Source of the DNA: Chloroflexota bacterium
GTDB taxonomy: Bacteria > Chloroflexota > UBA6077 > SHYK01
Assembly: GCA_016202435.1 (NCBI GenBank)
Contig: JACQOR010000007.1
Coordinates: 3,284-67,283, forward strand
Direction of reading: 5' to 3'
Length of the DNA stretch: 64,000 nucleotides
Position numbers and translations under genes: made by a program. Positions 28,553 through 38,945 of the stretch are shown here, one piece after another (the stretch's first letter is position 1; every line of letters starts with the position of its first letter). The notes beneath the pieces were generated by a model, which saw nothing but the letters and a program-made list of their open reading frames with translations, was not told the origin of the DNA and searched no databases.

Positions 28553-29230
28553 TTGGATATACTCGGCCGACGACTGGCCATGTTTGATAGTGAAAACCTC
28601 CTACGCTATGCCTTCCTCGCCTTGGGGAGTTACTTTCTGGGCAGCCTGCCCACGGGGGTGCTCGTGGCCCGGCGCTACCGCAACGTAGACCTCACCCGCG
28701 TCGGGAGTCAAAAAACCGGGGCGACGAACGTCGCGCGCACGCTCGGGCTTGGCGCAGGTGCTATTGTGCTCGTGGGGGACCTCTCCAAGGGCGCGCTCGC
28801 GGTCTGGCTCGCTCAGCAGCTGATCGGCTCCCCGATTGCCTTGGGAATAGCCTGGCTCTTCGCCGTTTGGGGCCACATGCACTCGGTCTTCTTGCACTGG
28901 CGCGGAGGACGGGGCGTGGGCACCGGCCTCGGGGGTCTGGCCATCATCCTGCTGCCCCTCTTCGCGCTGGCGGTGGCGACAGGAACAGGGGTAGTCGCGG
29001 TGACCCGATTCGTGTCGCTCGGATCGATCTGCGGCGCCATCGTCGCACTCGTCGGCTGCATGGCTGCGTATGCTGCAGGGGCGATCAGCGGGCAGTTGTT
29101 GCCGTTCGGCGTGCTGGTCCCCCTGTTGATCTTGTGGGCACACCGAGACAACATCCAGCGTTTGCGGGCCGGCGAAGAACGTCGGCTCGGACAGCGCACG
29201 CCCGTGCTGGACGACGAGAGCCGAATCTAG
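28553..29230 (+). CDS. plsY: Glycerol-3-phosphate acyltransferase PlsY
   Basis: GSxNxGATNV motif (GSQKTGATNV) in a multi-TM protein. Divergent from gpsA. Confidence 0.9.
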   Translation: MDILGRRLAMFDSENLLRYAFLALGSYFLGSLPTGVLVARRYRNVDLTRVGSQKTGATNVARTLGLGAGAIVLVGDLSKGALAVWLAQQLIGSPIALGIAWLFAVWGHMHSVFLHWRGGRGVGTGLGGLAIILLPLFALAVATGTGVVAVTRFVSLGSICGAIVALVGCMAAYAAGAISGQLLPFGVLVPLLILWAHRDNIQRLRAGEERRLGQRTPVLDDESRI

Positions 29231-29619
29231 GGCAGTCCGTCCAACAGCGAGGCCATCTCCAGCACCCCCAGGGCCGCCTTGTGTCCTTCGTTCCCCCGCT
29301 TTCCGCCGGCTCGCTCCATCGCTTGTTCCAGCGTGTGCGTAGTCAGCACTCCGAACATGATGGGGACCCCGGTCTCCTGGGCCGCGGCGGCAATCCCTGA
29401 CGCCGCCTCACGCGAAACGTGCTCGAAGTGTGTGGTGTCCCCCTCGATGACTGCCCCAAGGCAAACCACGCCGTGGTAACCGCCGCTCGCGGCAAGGCGT
29501 CGCGCGACGAGCGGTAGCTCAAAGGAACCGGGTACCCAGGCAACGTCTACGGCGCTCTCCGGAAGGCCCTGTTCTCTGAAGGCTTGTAGGGCGCCCTCGA
29601 GCAGGGGCTCCGTCACCAT
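29227..29619 (-). CDS. ribH: 6,7-dimethyl-8-ribityllumazine synthase
   Basis: Conserved core present. The first ATG (29619) lies after the conserved N-terminal strand RFAIAVARFN, which is encoded upstream in frame (29620-29694) with no ATG/GTG/TTG. The real N-terminus probably extends to a CTG at about 29691, or is produced by readthrough. Confidence 0.85.
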   Translation of the reverse strand: MVTEPLLEGALQAFREQGLPESAVDVAWVPGSFELPLVARRLAASGGYHGVVCLGAVIEGDTTHFEHVSREAASGIAAAAQETGVPIMFGVLTTHTLEQAMERAGGKRGNEGHKAALGVLEMASLLDGLP

Positions 29620-29694
29620 GCGGTTGAAGCGCGCTACGGCTATGGCAAACCGCCAGTGCGCCGGTCTCGCGCCCGGCTGAAACTCAGGCAGCGG

Positions 29695-30927
29695 TTACTC
29701 TGGTAGGCCGAGGAGGTGGCCCATTCTCTCCTGCTTGGTTTGCAGATAGCGAAGGTTCGTCTCCTTCGGCTGAGTGATAAGAGGCACACGCTCTTCAACC
29801 GTAAGCCCGAATGCCTCTAGGCCGACGCGCTTTGCCGGATTATTGGTCAACAGTCGCATCTTCGTGACGCCGAGGTCGCTCAGGATCTGCGCGCCCAGCC
29901 CATAGTCTCGCATGTCGGGCGGGAACCCCAGGTGCTCATTCGCCTCTACCGTGTCCATACCGGCGTCTTGTAACTCATAGGCCCGCATCTTCTCGACCAG
30001 GCCAATACCCCGACCCTCCTGCCGCATGTAGAGAACGACTCCACGTTTCTCCTCAGCGATCAGCCGCATCGCTTCCTCGAGCTGCTCGCCACAATCGCAC
30101 CGCTGAGACCCGAAGACGTCGCCAGTCAAGCACTCTGAGTGACACCGCACCAGCGGCGGGGGATGCACCCTGATATCTCCCTGGACGAGGGCCACGTGAT
30201 GCTGCTCATCAATGTCTGATTCATACACGTGCAACTGCCAGACACCATGGTCCGTCGGCAGTTGAGTCTGTGCAATCTTTCGAACCAGCTTCTCGGTGCG
30301 TCGGCGATACTCGACCAGTGAAGCGACCGAGATGATCTTCACACTGTGCTCAAACGCGAACTCGCGCAGCTCGCTCAACCGCGCCATCGTGCCGTCCCGA
30401 TTCATGATCTCGCAGATCACGGCAGCCGGATAGAGTCCCGCGAGACGCGCGACGTCGACGGATGCCTCAGTCTGGCCCGTACGACGCAAAACGCCACCCT
30501 CTTTGTACCGGAGGGGAAACACGTGGCCCGGCCGGGAAAGGTCGGTGGGCCGCGTAGTCGGATCGATCAACGCCTTGACGGTGGCGGCACGGTCAGCGGC
30601 GGAGATTCCCGTGCTCACACCGCGGATCGCGTCGACGGCCACCGTAAACGCGGTCCCAAATCCCGAGGTGTTCTGGTGGACCATCATTGGGATTTCCAGG
30701 TCGTCGAGCCGACTACCCATGATCGGCACGCAAATCAATCCACGGCCGTGCGTTGCCATGAAATTGATGGCGTCCGGCGTGACAAACTCGGCGGCGATCG
30801 CCAGATCGCCCTCATTCTCCCGATCGGCGTCGTCTACGATGATGAGGAACTTGCCCTGGCGGAAGTCCTCAATGGCCTCGGGAATTGGAGATAGGACAGA
30901 CTGAACCGCGGCTTCCTTTTGCGTCAC
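29695..30927 (-). CDS. ribBA: Bifunctional 3,4-dihydroxy-2-butanone-4-phosphate synthase / GTP cyclohydrolase II
   Basis: DHBP synthase N-terminal domain. GCHII Zn motif CxxC...C (CHSECLTGDVFGSQRCDCG). GTG start overlaps the ribE stop (GTGA). Confidence 0.95.
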   Translation of the reverse strand: MTQKEAAVQSVLSPIPEAIEDFRQGKFLIIVDDADRENEGDLAIAAEFVTPDAINFMATHGRGLICVPIMGSRLDDLEIPMMVHQNTSGFGTAFTVAVDAIRGVSTGISAADRAATVKALIDPTTRPTDLSRPGHVFPLRYKEGGVLRRTGQTEASVDVARLAGLYPAAVICEIMNRDGTMARLSELREFAFEHSVKIISVASLVEYRRRTEKLVRKIAQTQLPTDHGVWQLHVYESDIDEQHHVALVQGDIRVHPPPLVRCHSECLTGDVFGSQRCDCGEQLEEAMRLIAEEKRGVVLYMRQEGRGIGLVEKMRAYELQDAGMDTVEANEHLGFPPDMRDYGLGAQILSDLGVTKMRLLTNNPAKRVGLEAFGLTVEERVPLITQPKETNLRYLQTKQERMGHLLGLPE

Positions 30928-31529
30928 ACCGCTCCCGTACGCCGGCCTTCCAGAATGCTTTCGACGTACTTCGCGATCACATCCACTTCAAGATTCACCA
31001 CACCACCGACATTCTTCTGGGCCAGCGCCACATGCTCGCGAGTATAGGCCACGAGAGCGACTGAAAACCGCGTGGCTTCGCGGGACGCCACCGTGAGGCT
31101 GATCCCGTCGACAGCCACATAGCCCTTCTCGACCACGTATGGCAGCAGAGAGGACGAAGGTTCGAACCAGATCAGGAGGGAGTCGCCTTCAAACTGACGA
31201 TCCACAATGACCGCGGTGCCATCGACGTGGCCCTGTACATAGTGTCCACTCAACCGATCGCCTGGTCTTACTGCCCGTTCAAGGTTCACGGGATTGCCGG
31301 GTTCAAGCGCTCCCAGCGTGGTGCGCCGCAGGGTTTCCGGAGCCAGCCCCACCGAGAACCCACAGCCATCGAATTCGGTCACCGTGAGACAAGCTCCATC
31401 CACACTTATGCTGTCGCCAACTTTTAGCCCGTCGAGAATCTGGCTCGCATCGACTGACAGCCGTACCGCCTCGGCATCGCGGTCCAATCGACTCACGCGT
31501 CCAATCTCTTCAATGATCCCTGAAAACAT
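30924..31529 (-). CDS. ribE: Riboflavin synthase (alpha subunit)
   Basis: Start MFSGIIEEIG, typical of RibE. The ORF-track N-terminal extension is unlikely. Confidence 0.9.
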   Translation of the reverse strand: MFSGIIEEIGRVSRLDRDAEAVRLSVDASQILDGLKVGDSISVDGACLTVTEFDGCGFSVGLAPETLRRTTLGALEPGNPVNLERAVRPGDRLSGHYVQGHVDGTAVIVDRQFEGDSLLIWFEPSSSLLPYVVEKGYVAVDGISLTVASREATRFSVALVAYTREHVALAQKNVGGVVNLEVDVIAKYVESILEGRRTGAV

Positions 31530-32655
31530 CCGTTCCTTTCCGGGCCTCACCAGGGCCGGCACGACCAACGTAGCCGCTAAGGAGCATATCCCGCCCGATG
31601 CTGGTCCAGCTAGTATCGCGGAGCTCGAGGGCTTCGGACATCGCCGCGACCCCTTCTCCGCCGACTGGCCCCGGTGCGGAAACTCCGCCGACAATCTTGG
31701 GGGCGATGAAAACGAGTACCTTGTCCACTGCACCCGCGGCCAGCAGTCCCGCCGCAAGCGTGCCCCCGGGCTCGGCAAGCACGGACGTGATGTTTCGCCT
31801 GCCCAGCGCGTTCATGACTTCGATTATGTCCACTTTATCTTCTTGGCCCTGGATGACCAGCGTCTCCACTCCACTGTCAGCAAGCTCCGCAAGCTTTTCG
31901 CTTTGAGCCCTTTCCGTCACACACACCAACGTGGGGGCTGGCGTCCTCGAAGACACCACACGCGCGCTCAGGGGCAACCTGGCCTCGCTGTCAAGTACCA
32001 CACGGAGCGGCTGATGGATCCGGTGTTCTCCTCCGTCGAGGGCGTGTGTGGGTCGGGCGGTCAGGAGCGGATCATCCGCTAGAACCGTACCGATTCCGAC
32101 CAGGATCGCGTCCACCCGGGAGCGCAGCAGCGCAACGTACTCGCGAGAGTCGGGGCCGGTGACCCATTGGGAAGAGCCAGCGCGCGTCGCAATCCTTCCA
32201 TCCGCCGTCATCGCATACTTGAGCGTAACGAACGGCTGCTGACAGGCCACCCATTTGAAATACGCCTCGTTTAGCTCTCTGGCCTCCAACTCCCGCTCTC
32301 CGATAACGACCCGGACTCCGGCATCCCGAAGCATCTGGATACCGCCACCGTTGACCCATGGACTGGGATCCGCGGTGGCAACATGCACCTCAGCAACGCC
32401 CGCGGAGATCAGCGCATCGGTGCACGGCGGCGTGCGCCCCTGGTGGCTGCAGGGTTCGAGAGTCACGTAAAGGGTTGAGCCGTGGGCCAAGTGGCCCGCT
32501 TTATAAAGGGCCCTGACCTCAGCGTGGGCAGTACCCGGGGGCTGGGTGAAGCCTTCCCCGACAATCGCACCATCACGCACCAGTACCGCGCCGACCCCCG
32601 GGTTGGGACTGCACCAGCCGAGCGCCTGGGTCGCCAGATCGAGTGCACGACTCAT
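31510..32655 (-). CDS. ribD: Bifunctional diaminohydroxyphosphoribosylaminopyrimidine deaminase / 5-amino-6-(5-phosphoribosylamino)uracil reductase
   Basis: CMP/dCMP deaminase zinc motif (HAEV...PCxxC) plus the RibD_C reductase domain. Start is probably ATG at 32655 (MSRALDLA). Confidence 0.9.
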   Translation of the reverse strand: MSRALDLATQALGWCSPNPGVGAVLVRDGAIVGEGFTQPPGTAHAEVRALYKAGHLAHGSTLYVTLEPCSHQGRTPPCTDALISAGVAEVHVATADPSPWVNGGGIQMLRDAGVRVVIGERELEARELNEAYFKWVACQQPFVTLKYAMTADGRIATRAGSSQWVTGPDSREYVALLRSRVDAILVGIGTVLADDPLLTARPTHALDGGEHRIHQPLRVVLDSEARLPLSARVVSSRTPAPTLVCVTERAQSEKLAELADSGVETLVIQGQEDKVDIIEVMNALGRRNITSVLAEPGGTLAAGLLAAGAVDKVLVFIAPKIVGGVSAPGPVGGEGVAAMSEALELRDTSWTSIGRDMLLSGYVGRAGPGEARKGTDVFRDH

Positions 32656-32771
32656 GTAGTCCACGTCACGGCTCCAGAACCGTACTCGTCTCCGGACCAA
32701 CGGCCGAACGATTCCGGCGCTCTGGCGGACGATCCTCGACTCGCCCAGCTTCTCTCGCGGAGGCCACCGAG

Positions 32772-33917
32772 CTAGCGCTGATCGAGCGGCACGACCTTCT
32801 TATTGGTGGGCCCCACGTACTCCGAGCGGGGTCGGATGAGTCGGTTATTCTCGAGCTGTTCGATCACGTGGGCGGACCACCCTGAGACTCGGCTCGCTGC
32901 GAATAGGGGAGTGAAAAGGTCGATTGGAACGCCCATCACGTAGTAGGTCGATGCCGAATAGAAGTCAACGTTAGCGTAGAGGCCCTTTTCCTCGAGCATT
33001 ACTTTCTGAATCCGGTCAGCCATCCGGAACCATTGCGCCTGACCGACGCGCTCACCCAGGTGCCGGGCCATCTCTTTAAGTTCCACCGCGCGCGGGTCAT
33101 CGGTTTTGTATACACGATGGCCGAAGCCCATGATCCGGTCGTGACGCTCCAGCGCCCCGCGAATCCACCGTTCCGCCTCGTCCTCGCCGTCAATCTGCAA
33201 AAGCATGCGCATTACTTGCTCGTTCGCCCCGCCGTGCAACGGACCGGAAAGTGTTCCGATCGCAGCGGTGATAGCGTCATACAGATCGGAGAGCGTCGCA
33301 ATCGTCACGCGGGCCGAGAAGGTTGAGGCGTTGTATTCATGGTCGGCGTGCAGGATCAACGCAACATCCATCGTGTGAACGGCGTAGTCGTCGGGCTTCT
33401 CTCCAGTGAGCATGAAAAGCAGGTTCGCCGCAGCGCTCAAGCTCGGATCCGGAGGAATGATCCCCTTCCCCTCACGGCTGCGATGGAACGTCGCCATGAT
33501 CGTGGGGATTTGTGCAGTGAGTCGAACCGCTTTCCGCCGGGTCGATGCGACCGAGTTGTCTCGTCCGTCAGGGTCATAGATGCCGAGAAGGGACACCGTC
33601 GTCCGGAGGACATCCATCGGCGACGCTGTCTTCGGAAGCTGCTCGATGAAACTGACCACCGGCGCGGGAAGGGCGCGCGCGGCCTTCAGTTCTCGGTCCA
33701 ACCCCTCCAGCTCCGACCGCCTCGGCAGGTCGTCGTGCCAGAGTAGGTAGACAATCTCTTCAAAGGTGGTGTGTGCGGCCAGGTCGTGGATGTCGTAGCC
33801 GCGATAGATCAACTGACCCGTTTTGCCGTTTACGTCGCAGATCGATGATGTGCCGACGATGACGTCTTCGAGACCCAGATTCGGTGCAACCATGACAATC
33901 TCCTCCTGGTTACGCAC
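32772..33917 (-). CDS. Citrate synthase
   Basis: Conserved His/Asp catalytic residues (GPLHGGA, HRVYK...DPR). Confidence 0.92.
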   Translation of the reverse strand: MRNQEEIVMVAPNLGLEDVIVGTSSICDVNGKTGQLIYRGYDIHDLAAHTTFEEIVYLLWHDDLPRRSELEGLDRELKAARALPAPVVSFIEQLPKTASPMDVLRTTVSLLGIYDPDGRDNSVASTRRKAVRLTAQIPTIMATFHRSREGKGIIPPDPSLSAAANLLFMLTGEKPDDYAVHTMDVALILHADHEYNASTFSARVTIATLSDLYDAITAAIGTLSGPLHGGANEQVMRMLLQIDGEDEAERWIRGALERHDRIMGFGHRVYKTDDPRAVELKEMARHLGERVGQAQWFRMADRIQKVMLEEKGLYANVDFYSASTYYVMGVPIDLFTPLFAASRVSGWSAHVIEQLENNRLIRPRSEYVGPTNKKVVPLDQR

Positions 33918-34032
33918 GCTAGAACTGCTCGCGCGTTCACGGGAGGGGGCCGGGTTTTGACCTGGCGTCTATGCTTTCGGCGCCCAACTCCAAAACATTA
34001 GTATACAGTGGTTGCCGGGCTGACCCGCTCGG

Positions 34033-36171
34033 TTGCCCTCCGGGCCGCCCGCACCGTCATGCATTTTCGCGCCCGCCGGCGGCGAGCACCGCCCACGGGC
34101 CACCGAGAGCGCGCCAGTGCCGAATCGATTGGTCGCCGAGACCAGCCCTTACCTTCTCCAACACGCGGACAATCCCGTCGACTGGTACCCATGGGGAGAG
34201 GCGGCATTTGAGCGAGCTAGAAGCGAGGACAGGCCGATCCTTCTAAGCATCGGCTATTCCGCTTGTCACTGGTGTCACGTCATGGAGCGGGAGTCTTTCG
34301 AGGACGAGCCTACGGCAGCCCTCATGAACCAACTTTTCGTCAGCATCAAGGTCGATCGGGAAGAACGCCCGGACCTCGACGGTATCTACATGGCTGCAGT
34401 TCAAGGGCTCACCGGCCGCGGCGGCTGGCCTATGACCGTGTTTCTGACTCCCGAGGGCAAACCCTTCTATGGTGGAACCTACTTCCCTCCGAGCGACCGC
34501 CCGGGGATGCCCGCTTTCAAGCGCGTTCTCCAGGCCATCGCTGACGCTTATCGCAGCCGTCGCGAAGAAGTGACAACACAGGCGGAAGCGCTTCAGGGCT
34601 TCATACGTCAGCAGAATGCCGTCAGTCCTCCGGCCGACTCATTGGACTCGACAATCCTCGATGCCGCGGTAGCTTCCTTAGCTCACAACTTCGACCGATC
34701 ATTCGGCGGTTTCGGTGCGGCACCAAAGTTCCCACAGCCGATGGCGCTCGACTTCCTGCTCCGCTACCACCGCAGAACCGGCAGCTTGGACGCTCTAGCC
34801 ATGGTTGAGCAGAGTCTTCGGCACATGGCTTGCGGCGGTATCTACGACCAGATCGGCGGGGGATTTCACCGCTACTCCGTGGATGAGATCTGGCGGGTTC
34901 CCCACTTCGAAAAGATGCTCTACGACAACGCGCTCCTGCCGCGCGTCTACCTCCACGCTTTCCAGATCACCGGCCTTGATTTCTATCGCGAGATCACCGA
35001 GGCCACGCTGGCCTACGTTTTGCGAGAGATGCGGCAGAGGGGAGGCGGCTTCTACAGCGCCCAAGATGCCGACAGCGAGGGTGAGGAAGGCAGTTACTAC
35101 GTGTGGACGCCAAAGCAGGTGAGAGAGGTGGTGGGTGCCGCTGACGCGGAGATCGTGTGCCAGTACTTCGGTATCAGCGAGTCAGGAAACTTCGCGGGCC
35201 GCAACATCTGCACTCGCCCGGTCGACGCTGCCGATTTCGCAGCCGGAGCGGGTGTGAGCCTTCAGGGGCTGCTCGCGATAGTCGACCGAGCACGATTGTT
35301 CCTGCTCGAAGCGAGATCGCGCCGGATTCGGCCGGCCACCGACGACAAGATCCTCTGTGCCTGGAATGGCCTACAGCTCCGGACCCTTGCCGAAGCCTTC
35401 ACCGCGCTCGGACGGCCTGAGTACAGAACGGCGGCCGAGTCGAACGCGAGCTTCCTGCTGGACGTTCTCTGGCACCGGGGAAGGCTGCCTCGGGCGCACC
35501 GCGGAAGTGCGTCGTCCGTTGGTGGATTCCTCGAAGACTATGGCGCCCTGGCTGACGGACTGCTGGCGCTATACGAGGCGACCTTTGAAACAAAGTGGTT
35601 CGCCGCCGCGCGGGAACTCACCGAAGCAATGCTTGATCTCTTTTGGGACGCGGCGTCTGAAACTCTGAGGGATACGGCCAAGGACGCCGAGGAGTTGCTC
35701 GTCCGGCCGAAGGAACTCTGGGACAACGCCACGCCCTCTGGCACGTCGCTCGCTTGTCACGTGCTCCTCCGGCTTTGGGCCTTGACTGGCGAGCGGCGAT
35801 ACGAGTCCATTGTCCGCCGCGAGCTGGCTCGAGCCACCAACGTCCTCGGCAAGCACGCCGTGGGGCGGAGCTACCTGACCAGTGCACTCGACTTCTATCT
35901 CGCTCCACCCACCGAGGTCGCGATCATCAGCGACCCTGAGAGATGGGAGACTCGGTGGGGTCTTCGTCCGCTGCGCCAGGCCTTCCTACCGAACGCGGTG
36001 TTCGCGTCCGCCGGACCAGATGATCGTGAGGCCGCCGCAGCGGTTCCGCTGCTCCAGAACCGCCCCCAACTCGACGGCAAGCCAACCGTTTATGTCTGCC
36101 GGGGATTCGTATGCGATCAGCCGACCACGGACTTCGGCTCGGTGCTGACCCAACTCACAGCCCGTCAGTGA
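34033..36171 (+). CDS. Thioredoxin-domain protein, DUF255/YyaL family (N-terminal Trx-like domain plus six-hairpin glycosidase-like domain)
   Basis: Motif [13 protein letters not shown]...[14 protein letters not shown]. Start is probably GTG at about 34117. Confidence 0.85.
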   Translation: MPSGPPAPSCIFAPAGGEHRPRATESAPVPNRLVAETSPYLLQHADNPVDWYPWGEAAFERARSEDRPILLSIGYSACHWCHVMERESFEDEPTAALMNQLFVSIKVDREERPDLDGIYMAAVQGLTGRGGWPMTVFLTPEGKPFYGGTYFPPSDRPGMPAFKRVLQAIADAYRSRREEVTTQAEALQGFIRQQNAVSPPADSLDSTILDAAVASLAHNFDRSFGGFGAAPKFPQPMALDFLLRYHRRTGSLDALAMVEQSLRHMACGGIYDQIGGGFHRYSVDEIWRVPHFEKMLYDNALLPRVYLHAFQITGLDFYREITEATLAYVLREMRQRGGGFYSAQDADSEGEEGSYYVWTPKQVREVVGAADAEIVCQYFGISESGNFAGRNICTRPVDAADFAAGAGVSLQGLLAIVDRARLFLLEARSRRIRPATDDKILCAWNGLQLRTLAEAFTALGRPEYRTAAESNASFLLDVLWHRGRLPRAHRGSASSVGGFLEDYGALADGLLALYEATFETKWFAAARELTEAMLDLFWDAASETLRDTAKDAEELLVRPKELWDNATPSGTSLACHVLLRLWALTGERRYESIVRRELARATNVLGKHAVGRSYLTSALDFYLAPPTEVAIISDPERWETRWGLRPLRQAFLPNAVFASAGPDDREAAAAVPLLQNRPQLDGKPTVYVCRGFVCDQPTTDFGSVLTQLTARQ

Positions 36172-36287
36172 GCAAGAGGGTTGTCATCCTTGCCGAGCGA
36201 AGGAGCTTTCGCCGGTTGGGACGCCCCCCAAGGGGTTACCGGTCGGAAGGTCCTACGTTGCTCGACGCCCCCCCTGGACGATGAGTC

Positions 36288-37220
36288 GTGATCGCCGAAG
36301 CCCGGAAGGAGCCCCGCTGGCGGGTATGGTGGCGGCTCGCGCGTCCATTCTCCCTGACGGCATCGATCGTTCCCGCCGCAGTGGGCGCCGCGGTCGCCAT
36401 CGGAGACGGAACGTTCCGATCTCCGTCAACCCTCGGTGCGATGCTGGCCGCTTCAATGCTGATCCAGATCGCGACAAACATGTTCAACGAGTACTACGAC
36501 TACAAACGGGGGTTGGATAGGCATGATACCGTTGGCATTGCCGGCGCCATCGTGCGAGACAGCTTCCAGCCCATTTGGGTCTTCGCGGCCGCCAGCGGAT
36601 GTTTCGGGGTGGCTCTGGGACTGGGCCTGTGGGTCGTGGCACAGACCGATCCCCTGGTGTTCGTAATCGGCGTCATCTGTGCGCTCGCTGGCTATCTGTA
36701 CACGGGAGGGCCCTTCCCCATCGCCTACACGCCGCTGGGCGAGATCGAAGTCTTCGTCTTTATGGGCCCCGTCATGATCGGCCTCTTCTATTTCACGCAG
36801 GCTGGAGCGATCTCACCGGCTGCGCTCTGGGCATCCGCACCGGTTGCCTGCCTCGTCGCTGGGATCCTGCTCGCCAACAATCTCCGTGATATCGTTGGGG
36901 ACGCTCGGGCGCGCCGTTCGACACTTCCCATCATGGTGGGAAGAAAGACGGCGGCCCTCCTCTACGCGGCCCTTCTCACCGCGGCTTTCGCTTCCACCGT
37001 CGCGGCGGTTGCCGCCGCGAAACTCCCGCTGACGGCACTGCTGCCCCTCGCTACTCTGGGATCGGCGGCCCGCCTGATTCGTCTGTTCCACACCAAGGAG
37101 GGGCCTGAGACGCTGAATCCCGGTGTCCGCGGATCCGCCGCGCTCCACGCTAGATTTGGCTTGCTGCTGGCCCTAGGAATAGGGCTTGGGCCCGCGATCG
37201 GGCAGTCACCACTGCTTTGA
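36288..37220 (+). CDS. menA: UbiA-family prenyltransferase, 1,4-dihydroxy-2-naphthoate octaprenyltransferase-like
   Basis: NEYYDYKRGLD motif with 8-9 TM helices. Assignment to MenA rather than another UbiA member is tentative. Confidence 0.75.
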   Translation: MIAEARKEPRWRVWWRLARPFSLTASIVPAAVGAAVAIGDGTFRSPSTLGAMLAASMLIQIATNMFNEYYDYKRGLDRHDTVGIAGAIVRDSFQPIWVFAAASGCFGVALGLGLWVVAQTDPLVFVIGVICALAGYLYTGGPFPIAYTPLGEIEVFVFMGPVMIGLFYFTQAGAISPAALWASAPVACLVAGILLANNLRDIVGDARARRSTLPIMVGRKTAALLYAALLTAAFASTVAAVAAAKLPLTALLPLATLGSAARLIRLFHTKEGPETLNPGVRGSAALHARFGLLLALGIGLGPAIGQSPLL

Positions 37221-37325
37221 CAGCCCCTTCTGACGGCGCTACACTGCGCGCACCCACATACTCCCCCGACGTAGTGGACACCTCGGGCGGGGTATAGCCA
37301 CCATTTCGAGGAGTGACCCGCCCGG

Positions 37326-37418
37326 ATGGGTTCCCTAGTTAAGAAGCGTCGTAAAAAGATGCGCCGCCACAAGTATCGCAAGATGCTGAAGCGGTACCGG
37401 CGAAGAAGGCGGCCCTAG
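37326..37418 (+). CDS. Ribosomal protein bS22-like (30 aa, highly basic); not present in ORF track
   Basis: MGSLVKKRRKKMRRHKYRKMLKRYRRRRRP closely resembles mycobacterial bS22 (MGSVIKKRRKRM.KKKHRKLL...). GAGGAG RBS 11 nt upstream. Confidence 0.7.
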   Translation: MGSLVKKRRKKMRRHKYRKMLKRYRRRRRP

Positions 37419-37533
37419 AGCCGCGAAGCCAACACTCGGCGAAGACGCAGGCCGCGTCGCTCTTCTCATCGACGGTGTCGTCCAATCGGTCGCGCTCGGC
37501 GCCGAACCCCTCGCCTCCGGGTACTGGCCAGCG

Positions 37534-37986
37534 ATGCTGCCAGAAGCGCGGCCTCGGCAGGCCCTGCTCCTCGGCTTGGGCGGCGGCACCGTCGCCAGCC
37601 TGCTCGTTCGGCGCTTGGGCCCCGTCCCCATCCTCGCCGTGGAGAAGACAACGGCGGTGGTAGATCTCGCCTACCAGGCCTTTTCGCTTCCCCGCGACAT
37701 CGAGGTCGTACTCGCCGACGCGTTCGACTACGTTCTAGAGCTCGAACGCAGTTTTGACTACCTCGCGGTTGACCTCTTCGAAAACGGCGCAGTGCCGGCG
37801 CGGGTATTCGGCACGCCCTTTTTGCGAAGACTTAAGCGGCTCACCAACCCCGGCGGCTTGATCGCGATCAACTTCTTTAAAGACGGACGGTCCGACGCTC
37901 ACCGACATCGCCTGGAGCGAGTCTTTCCACGCGTCCAAGTCGTCCCATGCGAGAAGAACCTCGTGGCGCTCTGCCGCGTGCGCTAG
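37534..37986 (+). CDS. Short spermidine-synthase-like class I methyltransferase-fold protein (150 aa)
   Basis: LGLGGGT glycine loop and VDLFENG motif. Only the C-terminal catalytic-core-like part is present. Confidence 0.5.
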   Translation: MLPEARPRQALLLGLGGGTVASLLVRRLGPVPILAVEKTTAVVDLAYQAFSLPRDIEVVLADAFDYVLELERSFDYLAVDLFENGAVPARVFGTPFLRRLKRLTNPGGLIAINFFKDGRSDAHRHRLERVFPRVQVVPCEKNLVALCRVR

Positions 37987-38177
37987 CCTGGTGATTCCCA
38001 TCCCGTGGCAAGCGGGCGAGCAGATCCAAGCTTCATCCGGAGCAGGGGGTTTTTGCACCCCGTTCGGACCCGAGCTAGATGCCTCGCTCGGCTCAGAATG
38101 ACATGCTCGACGTTTTCCGGATGGTTCCCGAAGCGTGTCCTGATGCGATCCGAAAAGCTCACCATGACGCTTTCAGA

Positions 38178-38939
38178 TCAGGGTCGAAATCCGCCTGGCG
38201 AACCGTTTCCCGGACGACGCTGACCGTCGCGTCGGGGCGGAGCCCCACCGCCCCCAGATCGACGCGGCTGATTTCCATGGCGCATGGGCTGGCGAGTGTT
38301 TCCGTCCCGGGAGGATCGATACGGACTCAGATTGCTGCCCCGCTCCTGACGCTCGAAGGCGACCGGTTGCTCGTCTTCACGACTCATGGCGCGGAACCAG
38401 CACCCCACCCGACACATCTCCTCGAGGAGTGAAACCATGTGGAGCGCACTGTCCAGGTCTTCGCCCCACGCAAAAACGCCCCGGCCTCGCAAGACCGCTA
38501 TGCGGCTTTCTCGCAGCATCTGACCCATCAGATCCGCGACCTCCGGGGAGCCCAGCGGGCGCTGAGAAATCGCCACCGGAACCGTGCCAAAAGCATCCGC
38601 GCCTTCGCCGTTCGCCGGAGCGAGTCGATCGTCAATCAGGGCAATGGCCATCGTCGCTGCCGGCCGCGCATGAATGACGGCACGGGCTTGGGTTAACCGG
38701 TAGATCGCTCGATGGATCAGAGCATCCTCGGGGGCACCTTCGGGGTTCTCACCTTCCGCTGGCAGTTCTATGAAATCGTCAGTCGTGAGACGGCCCAGCA
38801 TCGCGTTGCGTCGCGACACGAACGTTCGACCGTCCGCCTGTACGCTCATCGTTCCGGAGTGCGAGCTGACTAGACCCGTGAGGAACATGTCGCGGCCGAC
38901 TGCATGGAAGGGACCCAACAACGATTCGTCAGCGATCAT
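38178..38939 (-). CDS. Class II aldolase/adducin family protein (fuculose-phosphate aldolase / MtnB-like) with Arg/Gly-rich C-terminal tail
   Basis: SSHSGTMS motif and zinc-ligand His residues. About 60-aa disordered RG-rich tail. Confidence 0.8.
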   Translation of the reverse strand: MIADESLLGPFHAVGRDMFLTGLVSSHSGTMSVQADGRTFVSRRNAMLGRLTTDDFIELPAEGENPEGAPEDALIHRAIYRLTQARAVIHARPAATMAIALIDDRLAPANGEGADAFGTVPVAISQRPLGSPEVADLMGQMLRESRIAVLRGRGVFAWGEDLDSALHMVSLLEEMCRVGCWFRAMSREDEQPVAFERQERGSNLSPYRSSRDGNTRQPMRHGNQPRRSGGGGAPPRRDGQRRPGNGSPGGFRP

Positions 38940-38945
38940 GGAACA

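Noticed and set aside
32656-32771. Possible FMN riboswitch upstream of ribD
   Set aside because: Only about 70-115 nt separate ribD from the citrate synthase stop, too short for an FMN aptamer. No FMN-element conserved motifs seen.
37534-38939. Possible methionine-salvage link: MtnB-like class II aldolase convergent with a SpeE-like fragment
   Set aside because: Genes are convergent and not co-transcribed. The aldolase subfamily cannot be assigned from sequence alone. Kept only as context.
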